The notes under the pieces: generated by a model
Seen by the model: the letters and a program-made list of their open reading frames with translations, nothing else
The model's database searches: none
Told to the model about the DNA's origin: nothing
Translations under genes and position numbers: made by a program
Assembly (NCBI RefSeq): GCF_046119375.1
Contig: NW_027362762.1
Span: 708,040,001 to 708,104,000 of the forward strand
Source of the DNA: Phyllobates terribilis
Taxonomy: Eukaryota
Length of the DNA: 64,000 bases
Direction: 5' to 3'
Part shown: one piece after another, positions 47,801 to 59,074 of the stretch
How positions within the stretch are numbered: the stretch's first letter is position 1
How the letters are laid out: each line of letters opens with the position of its first letter

Positions 47801-49796
47801 CAAGCGCTTGAATGCCTGTCAGGCTAGGTGGGCACTTTTTTTCTCGCGGTTTAATTTTTCCGTTACTTACATCCAGGGTACCAAGAATGTTAAAGCGGAT
47901 GCTTTGTCTCGCAGCTTTTCTCCCATGGTCAGTGCTGAGGAGGAGGAGGAGAGCATTTTACAAGAAGGTGTTGTGATTGCTGCTTTGGACTCCGTTTTGG
48001 AGGATGAGATTCTTAAAGCTCAGGAGAATGCCCCATCTAACACTCCCCATGGGAGGTTGTTTGTGGCTAGGACCTTTAGGAGAGATTTGTTTGTTGAGTG
48101 TCATGAGTCTCGGTTGGCAGGTCATGCAGGAATTTCTGAGACCAAGAGACTTGTGGGTCGCAGTTTTTGGTGGCCTGGATGGCAGAAGGAAGTCATTAAG
48201 TGGGTGTGTCAATGTACTGTGTGTGCTAGATCTAAGTCTTCGCATGCTCCTGCTGCGGGGTTGCTTTGCCCTCTGGAGGTTCCTAGTGCACCTTGGACAC
48301 ATCTGGCTATGGACTTTATTACTGACCTTCCCCCCTCTGAAGGTTTCACGGTCATCTGGGTGGTCGTGGACCGTTTTAGCAAGATGTGTCACTTGGTTCC
48401 CTTCATCAAACTGCCTTGCGCTAAGACACTCGCTAAGGCCTTTGCCAAGGAAATTGTCAGACTACATGGCGTTCCTACTGACTTTGTTTCTGATAGGGGA
48501 CCTCAGTTCGTGGCTCGTTTTTGGCGTGCCTTTTGTGACAGGTTGGGAGTTCATTTGTCGTTTTCATCCGGATATCATCCTGAGTCTAATGGCCAGACAG
48601 AAAGAAAAAACCAGGATGTTGAGCAGTTCTTGCGTTGCTTTGTGGCAGACAATCAAGAGGGGTGGTCTGAGTTTCTGCCACTTGCTGAATTTGCTCTTAA
48701 CAACCATACATCCTCTTCTCCTGGGTGTTCGCCTTTTTTTTGTTGTACTGGGAGACATGCGTCTTTTGGGTCATTCTCCAAATTGGTATCGGCTGTGCCG
48801 GAGGAGGAGAGTTTTTCTGGTGATTTGGAGAGAGTTTGGATGGATGTGCGTGATAATCTTCAGGAGGCTAACAAAAAATCTAAGAGGTACTTTGATAGGA
48901 AACGGCAAGAGGTTTCTTTTGCTATTGGTGACATGGTTTGGTTGTCCTCTAAGAATCTGCGATTGAGGATTCCTTCGAAAAAATTGGGTCCCAAGTTTGT
49001 AGGGCCCTTTAAGGTGCTTCAGATAGTTAACCAATCTGCTGTTAGGTTGGAGGCTCCTACCTCCTGGAAGATTAATCCGGTGTTTCATGTTTCTCTGTTG
49101 AAAAAAGCTGATGTGTCGGTTGGTGACGCCTCTGCCACTGTTCCTCCGGTGGTGGAGGACGGGGAATATGAAATTTCCCGCATCCTAAATTCTAGACGGT
49201 ATAGAGGGAGTTTGCAGTATCTCGTCGCTTGGAAGGGTTTCGGACCCGAGGATAACTCATGGGTGAGGGCGGATGATGTTTCTGCTTCCAGACTTGTCAG
49301 AGCATTTCACAGGAGGTTTCCTGATAAGCCCGGTCCTAGGGGATCCGGAGGATCCTCTTAGAAGAGGGGGTACTGTTAGAACTCTCCTGTTAGGTTTTTT
49401 CTAGTTTGCTGGTCACATGACCATTTTTGCCTATTTAATCCGGCTCCGCCCTCCTGGCCTTGCTGAACTTCATTGTATTTACTACTCTTGAGCTAGCTTG
49501 GTGCTCTGTTACCATTCTCTGTTAGTTGTGCTAGGTCTTCGGACCTCTATGTTCTTTGTTGTGTGTTTGTCTTTGACTGCTACAATTTCTGCTAGGAGGT
49601 GTCCAACTTTATCCCAGTCCCTAGTTCTTGTAGGGATCCCTTCCTTGCATCTATAGGTCCTCGTACAGACTAGCCGAGGACTTTAGCGGGTCTGATCGCA
49701 GGATCAGGTTCCCCGTTACATCGTAGGGATCCAGTTTAGTTCTATTGTAGGGACAGATCTCCTGTCTTTCCTTAGTGCTTGTAGCAGATCATAACA
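44823..49796 (+). mobile_element. Gypsy chromovirus (Tf1/sushi group) LTR retrotransposon, antisense and upstream of OLFML3 exon 2 (presumed intron 1)
   Basis: LTRs 44823-45240 and 49374-49796 (TGTTA..TAACA, ~98% identical by eye); PPT AGAAGAGGGGG before the 3' LTR; T-rich imperfect TSD (TTTTT / ATTTT). Confidence 0.96.
45291..49361 (+). pseudogene. gag-pol polyprotein (Gag, CCHC, PR, RT, RNase H, IN, chromodomain), one frame with two premature stops
   Basis: CFYCGNSGHFIKNC knuckle; VFVDCGST protease; VVVYLDDILIYS RT; VEVDASSVGVGAVL RNase H; MDFITDLP..SDRGPQF..GQTERKN integrase; EYEISRIL..YLVAWKGFGPEDNSWV chromodomain; TAG at 45297 and TAA at 46791. Confidence 0.93.
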
Positions 49797-50755
49797 ATTT
49801 TAAATCGGATGAAGCTCTATTGCGCTTCTATTTACTTCCTTAGCACATTACTATACATTGATGGAGGGTACTGTGGAAGAATTCACTGTGGGGGTATAAT
49901 ACTGTTTCGGGGAAACACTATAGTTGGCAACATACTTTATGGGGGCAATGAAAGGACAATCTAGGGGCTTCAATAGAAGAAAGATGACTTTGTAAGGGCT
50001 GAAAAGCTGTGAGATATGCTCTTCTGTGACCCCACTGAATATTAAGGGTTTTTTTTTTGGGGTGGGGGGGCCCAAATAGAACTTCTGCTATGAAGCCCCA
50101 TGATTTCTATGTATGCCCCTGCTATGTACTGTGGAATGGCTTTGTCTCACCATGTAGAACTGCTTCATTTCATGGCCAGCACATACCACGACTCCTGGCC
50201 AGGGGAGATAACACAAGTCACTTAAAATAAGTGAGTATGCAGACGAAACAGCAAGGGCTCACAGCTGCTGATTCTTGCGGTAACACATTTCCCTGACTCT
50301 TTTATTACAAGAGTGAGTGTTTCTGCATGTCTCCATCCCTCTGAGCTCATCAGAAATCAAGTCAGTAATGTAGGAGCTCCAGCGGCCGCTGAGCATATAT
50401 GTCACTGACTTGATTTATGATGGGCTTATGGGACTGGAGACTCTACAAGAATACTCCTGTGAGAAACAGAGAAATGTGTTACCTGAAAAAGTAGTAGCTG
50501 TCTTCGTCTTCTGTTATATCTGTATACTCACTTATCATAAGTGACTTATGCTTTCCCCTCTGAACAGGAGCTGTGGTATGTGCAACCATGAACTGGAACA
50601 ACTCTACATGGTCGGACACAACCATTACACAGTAAATAGCGAGGCACATTTTTAAGAATATCTTAGCCCAAGAATATTTTGGTAACACATTCAATTCTGA
50701 GTCAAATTCAAATCTTTGGTGTGCAATCCTTATCTATCCTAAATTGAAAGAGTAA

Positions 50756-51133
50756 GGGTGCTTTCACACTGCGTTCTGTGTCCCCGTCAGGGCATACTTC
50801 CTAAAATTCCCCGCAAAACGGGGTCTGGACGTATGCTCTGACAGGGCCATAGACTGCAATGGTGACAGCAGAGCGAACGTGCGCTCTGCCGTACACTTTT
50901 TTCGGGAGTGCACACCTACAGGAGGCAGACACTCAGATGCAGCAGCCCACGTCTGAGTGTCCGCCTCCTGTGGGTGTATACTCCAGAATTTAGTGCACGG
51001 CAGAGCGCACGTTCGCTCTGCTGTCACCATTGTGGTCTATGGCCCTGTCAGACCATACGTCCCAACGCCGTTTTGCGGGGAATTTTAGGACGTATGCCCT
51101 GACGGGGACACAGAAAGCAGTGTGAAAGCATCC
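50756..51133. mobile_element. PIF/Harbinger-type MITE (378-bp foldback)
   Basis: TAA on both flanks; TIR GGGTGCTTTCACACTGC / GCAGTGTGAAAGCATCC; near-complete self-complementarity. A truncated relative lies at ~12500-12777. Confidence 0.85.
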
Positions 51134-51292
51134 TAATTGATCTTTCACAACGTTAGACATATCACAGTGACATTTTTAATCCATGGAGTTTTGGGTACGG
51201 AGAGCTCCAATGATTGCTAAAACTAGGGGGCAGAAGCGTTCAGTTGAGTCTGCTCTCTGAAAATGAAGATGAGTCCACAAACAGCACAGCAG

Positions 51293-51520
51293 CATGGTGG
51301 CTCAGTGGTTAGCACAATAGCCTAGGAATGCTGGTGTCCTCCAAGGAAAGCATCTGCAATGTATTTATATGTTGTTTCCATGTTTGCATGGGTTTCCTCC
51401 ACACTCTAAAGACATACTGATAGGGAATTTAGACTGTGAGCCACAATGGGGACAGTGATGATGATGTCGGTAAAGTACTGAGCAATTAATGGCGCTAAAT
51501 AAGTGAGTAAAATAAATAGA
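51293..51520 (+). mobile_element. tRNA-derived SINE
   Basis: A-box-like TGGCTCAGTGG head; central TTTGCATGGGTTTCCTCC; GGCGCTAAATAA..AAATAAATA tail. Confidence 0.7.
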
Positions 51521-53008
51521 CTTTCTGGTGAGCTTGTCTTTGGGTGGGGCAGTGCTTAAACAAGAACTTTTGTTTCTTCACTTTAGTGGGGGTCTCACAT
51601 GCCAAAAGAATTAGGGACAATGCAGTTACACTTTAAGGAAGCAGAAAAGACTATGAAGAAAAGAAAATGTTTAGATCTTTACAATCTTTTCAATGATACT
51701 CCTATTTTTTGTGATTGTTTGTAATGTTATTTTTTCTCTTTTTTGATTAAAGTTATGCTCATTTTGCATCCAGAGTTGAAGGTGAGTGACAGATGCTTTA
51801 AGAGTTTGTACATGATGATAACCGTAAAACATTTGACTTAGGTTATGTTAACCTAAATACAACTATAATTATGCAGAGAGCTCTTATATATTTGCTTTTC
51901 CAGTTCTTTGCTTCAAGAAGAATTATAAAAATAGAGAGTTCTTTTAAATTATTATGTCTGTAATTACTGAGTCTCTCAGAAATCTCAGTTGTACGATTTC
52001 GCTCCCTAAAGATGAACCGCTGCTGTGTGGACATTAGCTTTTTGAGGCTTTTTTTTGATTAAGAACATACTGATCTTTGATGTGGCTGCACATATATTTG
52101 TTCTTTGAAAATAATTAAAGGGCTTGAAAGGGGAAAAAAAGGTTATTCTCTCAGCCAACAGCAAGAAATACTCAAAGGCACCTATCAAGTATCTCTAAAC
52201 AATTGTACTCATAGTGGAAATGACAAATAAAATGTAAGATTAAAAAAAATAATAATAAAAAAAAATACATTTTAACTAGTTCAGGACATGTTCAGCTCCT
52301 TTAGTGCTTACTATATGCTGTACACACAGCGCTTGTACACCACTATGTATACAGCAATAAGGATGGCAGACACGGTAAAATATCATTCCTGCCTTATATA
52401 TGGGGAGCTCGGCTGTGTTTAAAAGCTTGTTCCCCTTCTCCCGCATATGGACAATTGTGTGCTGCTGCTCTTCAATGCAGTGACATTTTAGAATGTCACT
52501 ACAGAGTAGAACATGGACCGCCCGGATGTTTAAAGTCTATGTGTGATCCGCAAGTAATTAAATAAAAAATAATAATTATAAAGGCAGAATATAGCTTTAT
52601 ATATTTACATTTTCCAGGACTTCAATATCATCGCGATAAAATTGTCAGTATGTGAGGAACAATTATATGTACTAAGCTAAGTGTGTTCCTTGGACTGTAC
52701 ACAATATTTTCTGGATTTCGTCCTTCATTGTACCTTGTAAGAATTTATACAGAAATTAATTGAATATTGTTGAACTACTGTCCATTTCTTCATACTGGCA
52801 TGCATATCAATTTGTATGTAAAATTCACACTCCTAAGTAATTAACTATAGTTACAGAGACCAGTCCCCGGTGATCCGCTTGTAAATACAGTACCTACCCG
52901 CTTGTTAATCAGTCATATAGAAACTCTGTGCTTTGTGATTTAATAGAACATATACTACCCTCTCTGTGTTTTAGTATTTTTAGAAAGGATATAGGTCTAT
53001 AAAAAATG

Positions 53009-53523
53009 TTAAAGAAGTTGTCAACTACTTTATATGAACCTCCAAATGTATCCCCCATGGCCCAGAAGTGTTTTTGTAAATACCTTGCGGAGCCTTTTCT
53101 GCCTCTGAGCGGCGCTATCACTGGCCATTCACGGGCAGCACGTGACCCGTCACTGATGTCACGTCAAGTGAGGCATGACTCAGCGCTGGGGTCCCCGCGG
53201 TGGCTGCTGAGTTGTGGTTTCGGTTATTCCCCTGCGTCACACCCAGCATCCACCGCACGTTTTCCCAGTGAATGAGGACAGGGAGAGCGCGCGGTGGATG
53301 CCGGGTGTGACGTGCTGGGTAACCCCACCCACAACCCAGCGTCCACCGTGTAACGCAGAAGTGAGAACCCCGGCTGCAGCCGGGGGTCACGTGATGCCCG
53401 TGAGCGGCCAGTGATAGCGCCACTCACCGGAAGTAACTGCAACTCAAGGTATTTAGAGAAACACTTATGGGCCCTGGGAGAATGCATTGGGGGATCATAT
53501 AAAGTAGTGGACAACCCCTTTAA
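53009..53523. mobile_element. TTAA-flanked MITE
   Basis: TTAAAGAAGTTGTCAACTACTTTATATGA ... TCATATAAAGTAGTGGACAACCCCTTTAA with complementary inner arms. Confidence 0.8.
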
Positions 53524-54194
53524 CAGAGTAACTGAAAGGAAAAAAAATGGAATAAATGAACCATTTATTATGGGTACAATACTAAAAGCTTCCTATATGC
53601 ACTATTTGAAGAAAGGACAGGACAGTTTTACCAGTCTATTTCCTAAAATAACAGGGAATGTACATGGAAACATAATGATAGGTATACACAGCCGCAACCT
53701 TTGTGTATGGAGGGATATTTTTTTTAACTATGCCTTCTTATATAGTGCCAATATACCCTGCCAAACTGTAAGTGCTCGTTCACACAGCCACATTTTCAGT
53801 CCGAGTGCTGTACGTGAAAAAATGGACGGCATCCAGAGCAATTTTATTCAATGGGGCAGTGCACATGAGCAATGTTTTCCACTGACCGAATCAGCGTGTG
53901 AAAAAAATTGCAGCACGCAATAGTTTCTTCCATAAATCGGATGAGACTCATCCGTTCAAGTCTACAGGTGCGTAAAAAAAATCCACAGTCTATCGTCTGA
54001 TTTTTACTGATACAATTATTGCAATTATGTAACATAGGAAACTCTAAATGGTCCTGTAAATGATTAATAGCTGCTGTAAAAAATAAGATTGCATATGGAC
54101 AGAACACAGATGACACGTGAGAAAAACATCGTCCAACTTTTCTGGATGAAACTCTGAATGATTTTTTATACATCTGTGGGAACCTACCCTAAGG

Positions 54195-54390
54195 GAACTG
54201 TCCCCATTGGGGCTCATAATCTAAATTATCTATTGCAGTGTCGGAAGAAGCCAATGTAACCAGAGGAAACCCATGCAAGCACGGGGAGAACATACAAACT
54301 CTTTACAGATGTGGTCCTTAGGGGGATTTGAACCCAGGACCCCAGAACAGGAAATCAACAGTGTTAACCAACCAAACTACTATGCTGCCC
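54195..54390 (-). mobile_element. tRNA-derived SINE (same family as 51293)
   Basis: Minus strand GGGCAGCATAGTAG..GGTT..GGTTCAAATCCC (B-box-like) ..CTTGCATGGGTTTCCTC.. Confidence 0.7.
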
Positions 54391-57300
54391 CGTACATTAA
54401 ATCATTAGCATTTGTGTACCCTCAAAAAAGGTTCCCATTTTTTCTTCAAGGGATCTTGGTTTATAGTCAAGCCCAGCACATTGGCTGAAATGTGCTGAAT
54501 ATTTTGCCAAGCTTCTCTGAGCAAGTTGAGATCAATTTATAGTCTGTTAAGGGACAGGACAGGTCTGCTGTGTTCTAGGGAACCCTGGATCAGAAAGACT
54601 AATACATACTCAAAATCACCTGTCTTGGGTGAAGATAAGGGCACATTGCCATTTTCTTCAATAAGCCATAATGCATTACTGTACTTGTATATGTTTAACA
54701 TGGTCTAAAAATGATAGTAGCAGAGTCATCATACTAAAGCAAGAAATATATGAAAACATGGTTATTAAGTAACATGCTGCATATATATTACTAAAAGTTA
54801 ATTCCATCCATTTGTTCTCCTTTCAAGACCGTATTGTGCTCTGAATTAAGGATGGATGGTGTGGATTTATTTCATATTCATATCATTAAATCATATTTCC
54901 ATTTACTTGCTGCAGATGAACCCAAAAATCTCACATATAGTGAGAACTTAATCAACTAGAGATGGAATTTAGATGTCGGAAAAGGTTTTTTATTTATTTT
55001 TCTCATTATTATCATAATCACCATAACTGTCCTTATGAACACCATATTAATATATCCTTTTGTTAAAGGGATTGTCCAGGCTTAATGAAAAATCCAAAAT
55101 CATTCTATGTGACTACAGACTGTCAAATTGTGACAGTGTTCGATACGATAATGTCACAATTCCCTTGTACTCCCTGTGTGGGTGGGCGGTCACGTGACCA
55201 AACATATGCAATTTCCATACTTGCAGTCATGTGAAGATTAGACTCATCCAGAATCCCTCAATAGAATAGAATTTAGAGAAATGCAGGAGTCTAGTTGGCA
55301 AGTGACCGCAAGTAGGAAAATCTCATACAAGTGGTCATGTGACTGTCTGCCAGCACAGAAAATACAAGAGGAATACCTGTTCAAGTGGTTGTCCACATCT
55401 AATAAACTTTTAAGCAATGAAACCATAGAGGTGAAAAAAAAATGATACTCACATACCACTTCTCCGAACTGCTGCCGGTGTCTCCGCTAGTCTGTTGGCT
55501 TCCCCTTCTGGCTGTCACTAATTTGCTGCAGTGATTCAGATAGGGACACCAGCAGCAGTATAGAACAGTACTGAGGGTCTGGTAGGTGAGCATATTTTTA
55601 ACTTAAAAAAAAAAAAATTAGCACTGCCATGAGCTTATTTTTAAAAAGTTTAGACGACAGCCCCTTAAAGGTCACCTTTCTGCTATCCCAACCTGCCAGT
55701 TTTACCATAGTAACTTCTTGCATTCCCCAATAAATCTCAATTCTGCAGTATATTTTCCAGTAACTCTGTACTATGACAATCCTCTATTATCCCATCCTAG
55801 ACATGTATGATAAATTCACAAATAGTCATTCACCTTCTCAGTGGGGTGCATTCCTACACAGCACGACGCTGCCAGCACTGATAGGATTTGGAGAATAGGA
55901 ACATTTACTAAAACAGACAGGTCAGAAGATGACAGGTCCTGTTTACCGATAGCATTGTGCTTCAAAGGAGGAAGCTTGCAAAGACAAAAACATAGAGCCA
56001 GCAATCACACTTTGCATACACTGTTTATGGGGCAGCCCTATATCCAGAGCAGCCACCGAAGCTGCATCGCAGCAGGAGATCCTGGGCCAATAAAAAAGGG
56101 CTACTGCTCTGGAATAGTAAGCGTAAGAGCAGTCCAGCAGCCGATAGCAAATCTATCAGAGCAGGAAAGGAGAGGTAGCTGAACAGGACATGCATAGATC
56201 TCCCAATGCTGCAGATCCTGAAAGGGACTTTGTCAGCACAGAATGACTGTTCAAACAAAGCACTGGCGCTCGTTGCACAATAGCGAGGCCAAACATTTAA
56301 GTGCACCTTCCAACTTGCCAGTTTTCCCTCTATCTCCACCTTCCTCTCCCCTCTTTTTAGATTGACAGCTCTGGGTTCATAGAGCCACCAAAGATTAGAG
56401 ATAGATGGAAACCAAGAAGGTGGAAAAGTACACAATGTTTGACCCTGCCTTGATGCACTGAGCTCCTGTACTTGGTTTGGACAGATCCCCTTTAGGAAGC
56501 ATACCACAGAACAGGACAGCAGAGAAGAAAATCAAAGGTGATCAGTGGCTGCAAGACAATTGAAAGTGTGGGAGATGCAATGCAAAGACAACTTTACACC
56601 TGGTATCGAACTTCTTGTGTTGGGACTGGGGCAGGGAGTCATAGACACCAGAGCTCGTCCTTCAGTTCATATATTGGGGCCGGCATATCAGCTAACATGG
56701 GCAACCTAACACTGCTGCATCTCATACAGAAGCGACAAAAGGTCGCCACAACAGTAATGAAGCCCTTACTTTTAAGATATGCAGGACTTCCTGCCTCAAG
56801 CAAGAACATGAGTTCCTGACACAAGCAAACATCTGATTGCATCAAGATGTCCCGTGCAGAACAGTTGGCTTCTTGTAGCCTCCTGAGAAATGTTTGACCC
56901 ATCCCTCAGATTGTCCCAAGGTCAGCCACATCCAGTACTTATCCTCCTGGTTATTTAAGTTCTTGTCCTGGGACAAGAACATTCAGATGTACATGTTTCG
57001 CATATGTGTTCTATCCCATTATAATCGACTCTGCTGTTCACATGTCTGTGTTTTTTTGACATCTGTGTGTCCAATTAAAAATCATGAAGACATGTCCATT
57101 TTTTTCCGGCAGCACAGATGAAAAGTTCAAATACAAGTATATGGGTCAGTGAAAAACATGGACAGCATGTAATGACCGGAGGTCCGAGAGAGATCCAGTG
57201 AGTCACAAACTGAGACAGAGACAGAAATAAACAACACTTTCTTTACTAAAACAGGGATTAGACTAAAATTCAGTATTGCATGAATCAGTCTCGGGTTCTA

Positions 57301-57441
57301 CCTGGGACACTGTCTCTAATAACTACACACAATCAGCAAAATCTGAAATCAATGTGCCAATCTCAAGGTTTCCAGTTTATGTGAATTATACTAAAGATCT
57401 GGAACAATTTTACCTAAACACTGTGTCAATCTAGTGTGAGT

Positions 57442-58251
57442 CAACCTACATATGTGACACATAAACTAAATTGTTTAAAAATACAACATTTATTGAATGA
57501 ATAGATATAGTAAAATATACATAGAAGAATAAAATGGGGAAAGGATAACACAATGAAAAGGTTACTGGGTAGGACAATAATTATAGTATGATTTTTTACA
57601 TTACATGATCAATTTCTATATACCAGGCAAGACATACATATGCAACCTGTGTTTAAATAAAGTCCACAATAAAGTGCATAGTGCTAAAGATGGACTCTGT
57701 AAATAAGAATAAAAGGTGCTACATCATAAGTTAGTGAACGTGGTATACAGAGATGGAAGGTATAATGATAATGATAGGGGGCTTTGACAAGGATATCCTC
57801 GTCAAAGCCCCCTGGCGAAACACGCGTTGGATTTGGCTATCTGGGTCAGTACAAACTTTACTATCATTATACCTTCCATCTCTGTATACCACGTTCACTA
57901 ACTTATGATGTAGCACCTTTTATTCTTATTTACAGAGTCCATCTTTAGCACTATGCACTTTATTGTGGATTTTATTTAAACACAGGTTGCATATGTATGT
58001 CTTGCCTGGTATATAGAAATTGATCATGTAATGTAAAAAATCATACTATAATTATTGTCCTACCCAGTAACCTTTTCATTGTGTTATCCTTTCCCCATTT
58101 TATTCTTCTATGTATATTTTACTATATCTATTTATTCAATAAATGTTGTATTTTTAAACAATTTAGTTTATGTGTCACATATGTAGGTTGTTTCAGATAT
58201 AGACACATTTACACCTGAGTATATTTGAATATAGTCCTTATATATTTGCTT
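57442..58251. mobile_element. 810-bp palindromic insertion (Penelope-like inverted pLTR) in the Gypsy LTR
   Basis: 14-bp TSD AATCTAGTGTGAGT (57428-57441, 58252-58265); arms 57442-57770 and 57862-58190 are near-perfect reverse complements; the spacer has GCC-ccct-GGC-GAAAC-ACGCGT. Confidence 0.8.
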
Positions 58252-59074
58252 AATCTAGTGTGAGTGTTCTATAGGGACCCCTGAGATGGCACACTGAGTA
58301 CAATCCTACCACTATTAACAATAACAATGCATGAAACTATACCAATTGCTCTTATACCCCTAGTATAGGGATACCCGGGTATCTTAAAGCTACGTTACCG
58401 TTAACCTCAGATGTGGTCTATCACAGGCCTGTGTATCGCGGTGGCTGCAGCTAGTCCCGGAAAACTTTGGCGCAAAATAAAAAGCAACGTTTACAAAAAC
58501 AGCAAAGGTTCCTTGTCTTGTCGACCGATGCCGAACCCCCACGCCGGGGACTTTAGTCCTGTAGCCTTAGGTTAAGGTCCGAGAAGAACTCTTCACCAGG
58601 CTTGTCAGTATCCTCTCAATGTTAATGGCACCGGACCCCTTCTCTCCTCTCGCGGTCACCCACTGTTTTCCAGACCACCGACCACGCGCTCCGTCACAAA
58701 GATGATATCCTCAGTCTCTTTCCCTCTCACTCGACACTTGGCTCGTTCAGCACAAAGTCTCTAGTCCACTCAGCATGGACTTCCACAAAACTCCAAAGAG
58801 CCACACAGCTTTCCCCAGCTCAGCACTCGTTCTTAAGCAGGGACACAGCTTCACCAGGGCCAGAAGTTAACAACCCCCGCAGGAAAGCTTGTAGTGAGAG
58901 AGTCTTGTTGCAGTTGAGTCCTCACATTTCTCAGATTCTCCATCCAGCGTCTCACACAGCAGGCACCCTCAGAACACACAGGGTCTCCCAATTTGCCCCT
59001 GCTCTGAGCTCAGCCAGGCAAAACCCACAGGGTCCTAATGCGCTCCTGCTGCTATCACAGTTCACACTCTCACA

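Noticed and set aside
47977-48966. 329-aa ORF overlapping pol
   Set aside because: Alternative-frame shadow within the T/G-rich integrase region; no motifs.
50479-50694. Hydrophobic minus-strand ORF as OLFML3 exon 1
   Set aside because: Its donor is phase 2 whereas exon 2 needs phase 0; it overlaps a MITE arm and lacks the expected MEY..RR..LE segment.
55841-56902. Adjacent near-open minus-strand frames (87 and 160 aa)
   Set aside because: No recognisable domain on either strand; possibly an old decayed retroelement or UTR, but unsupported.
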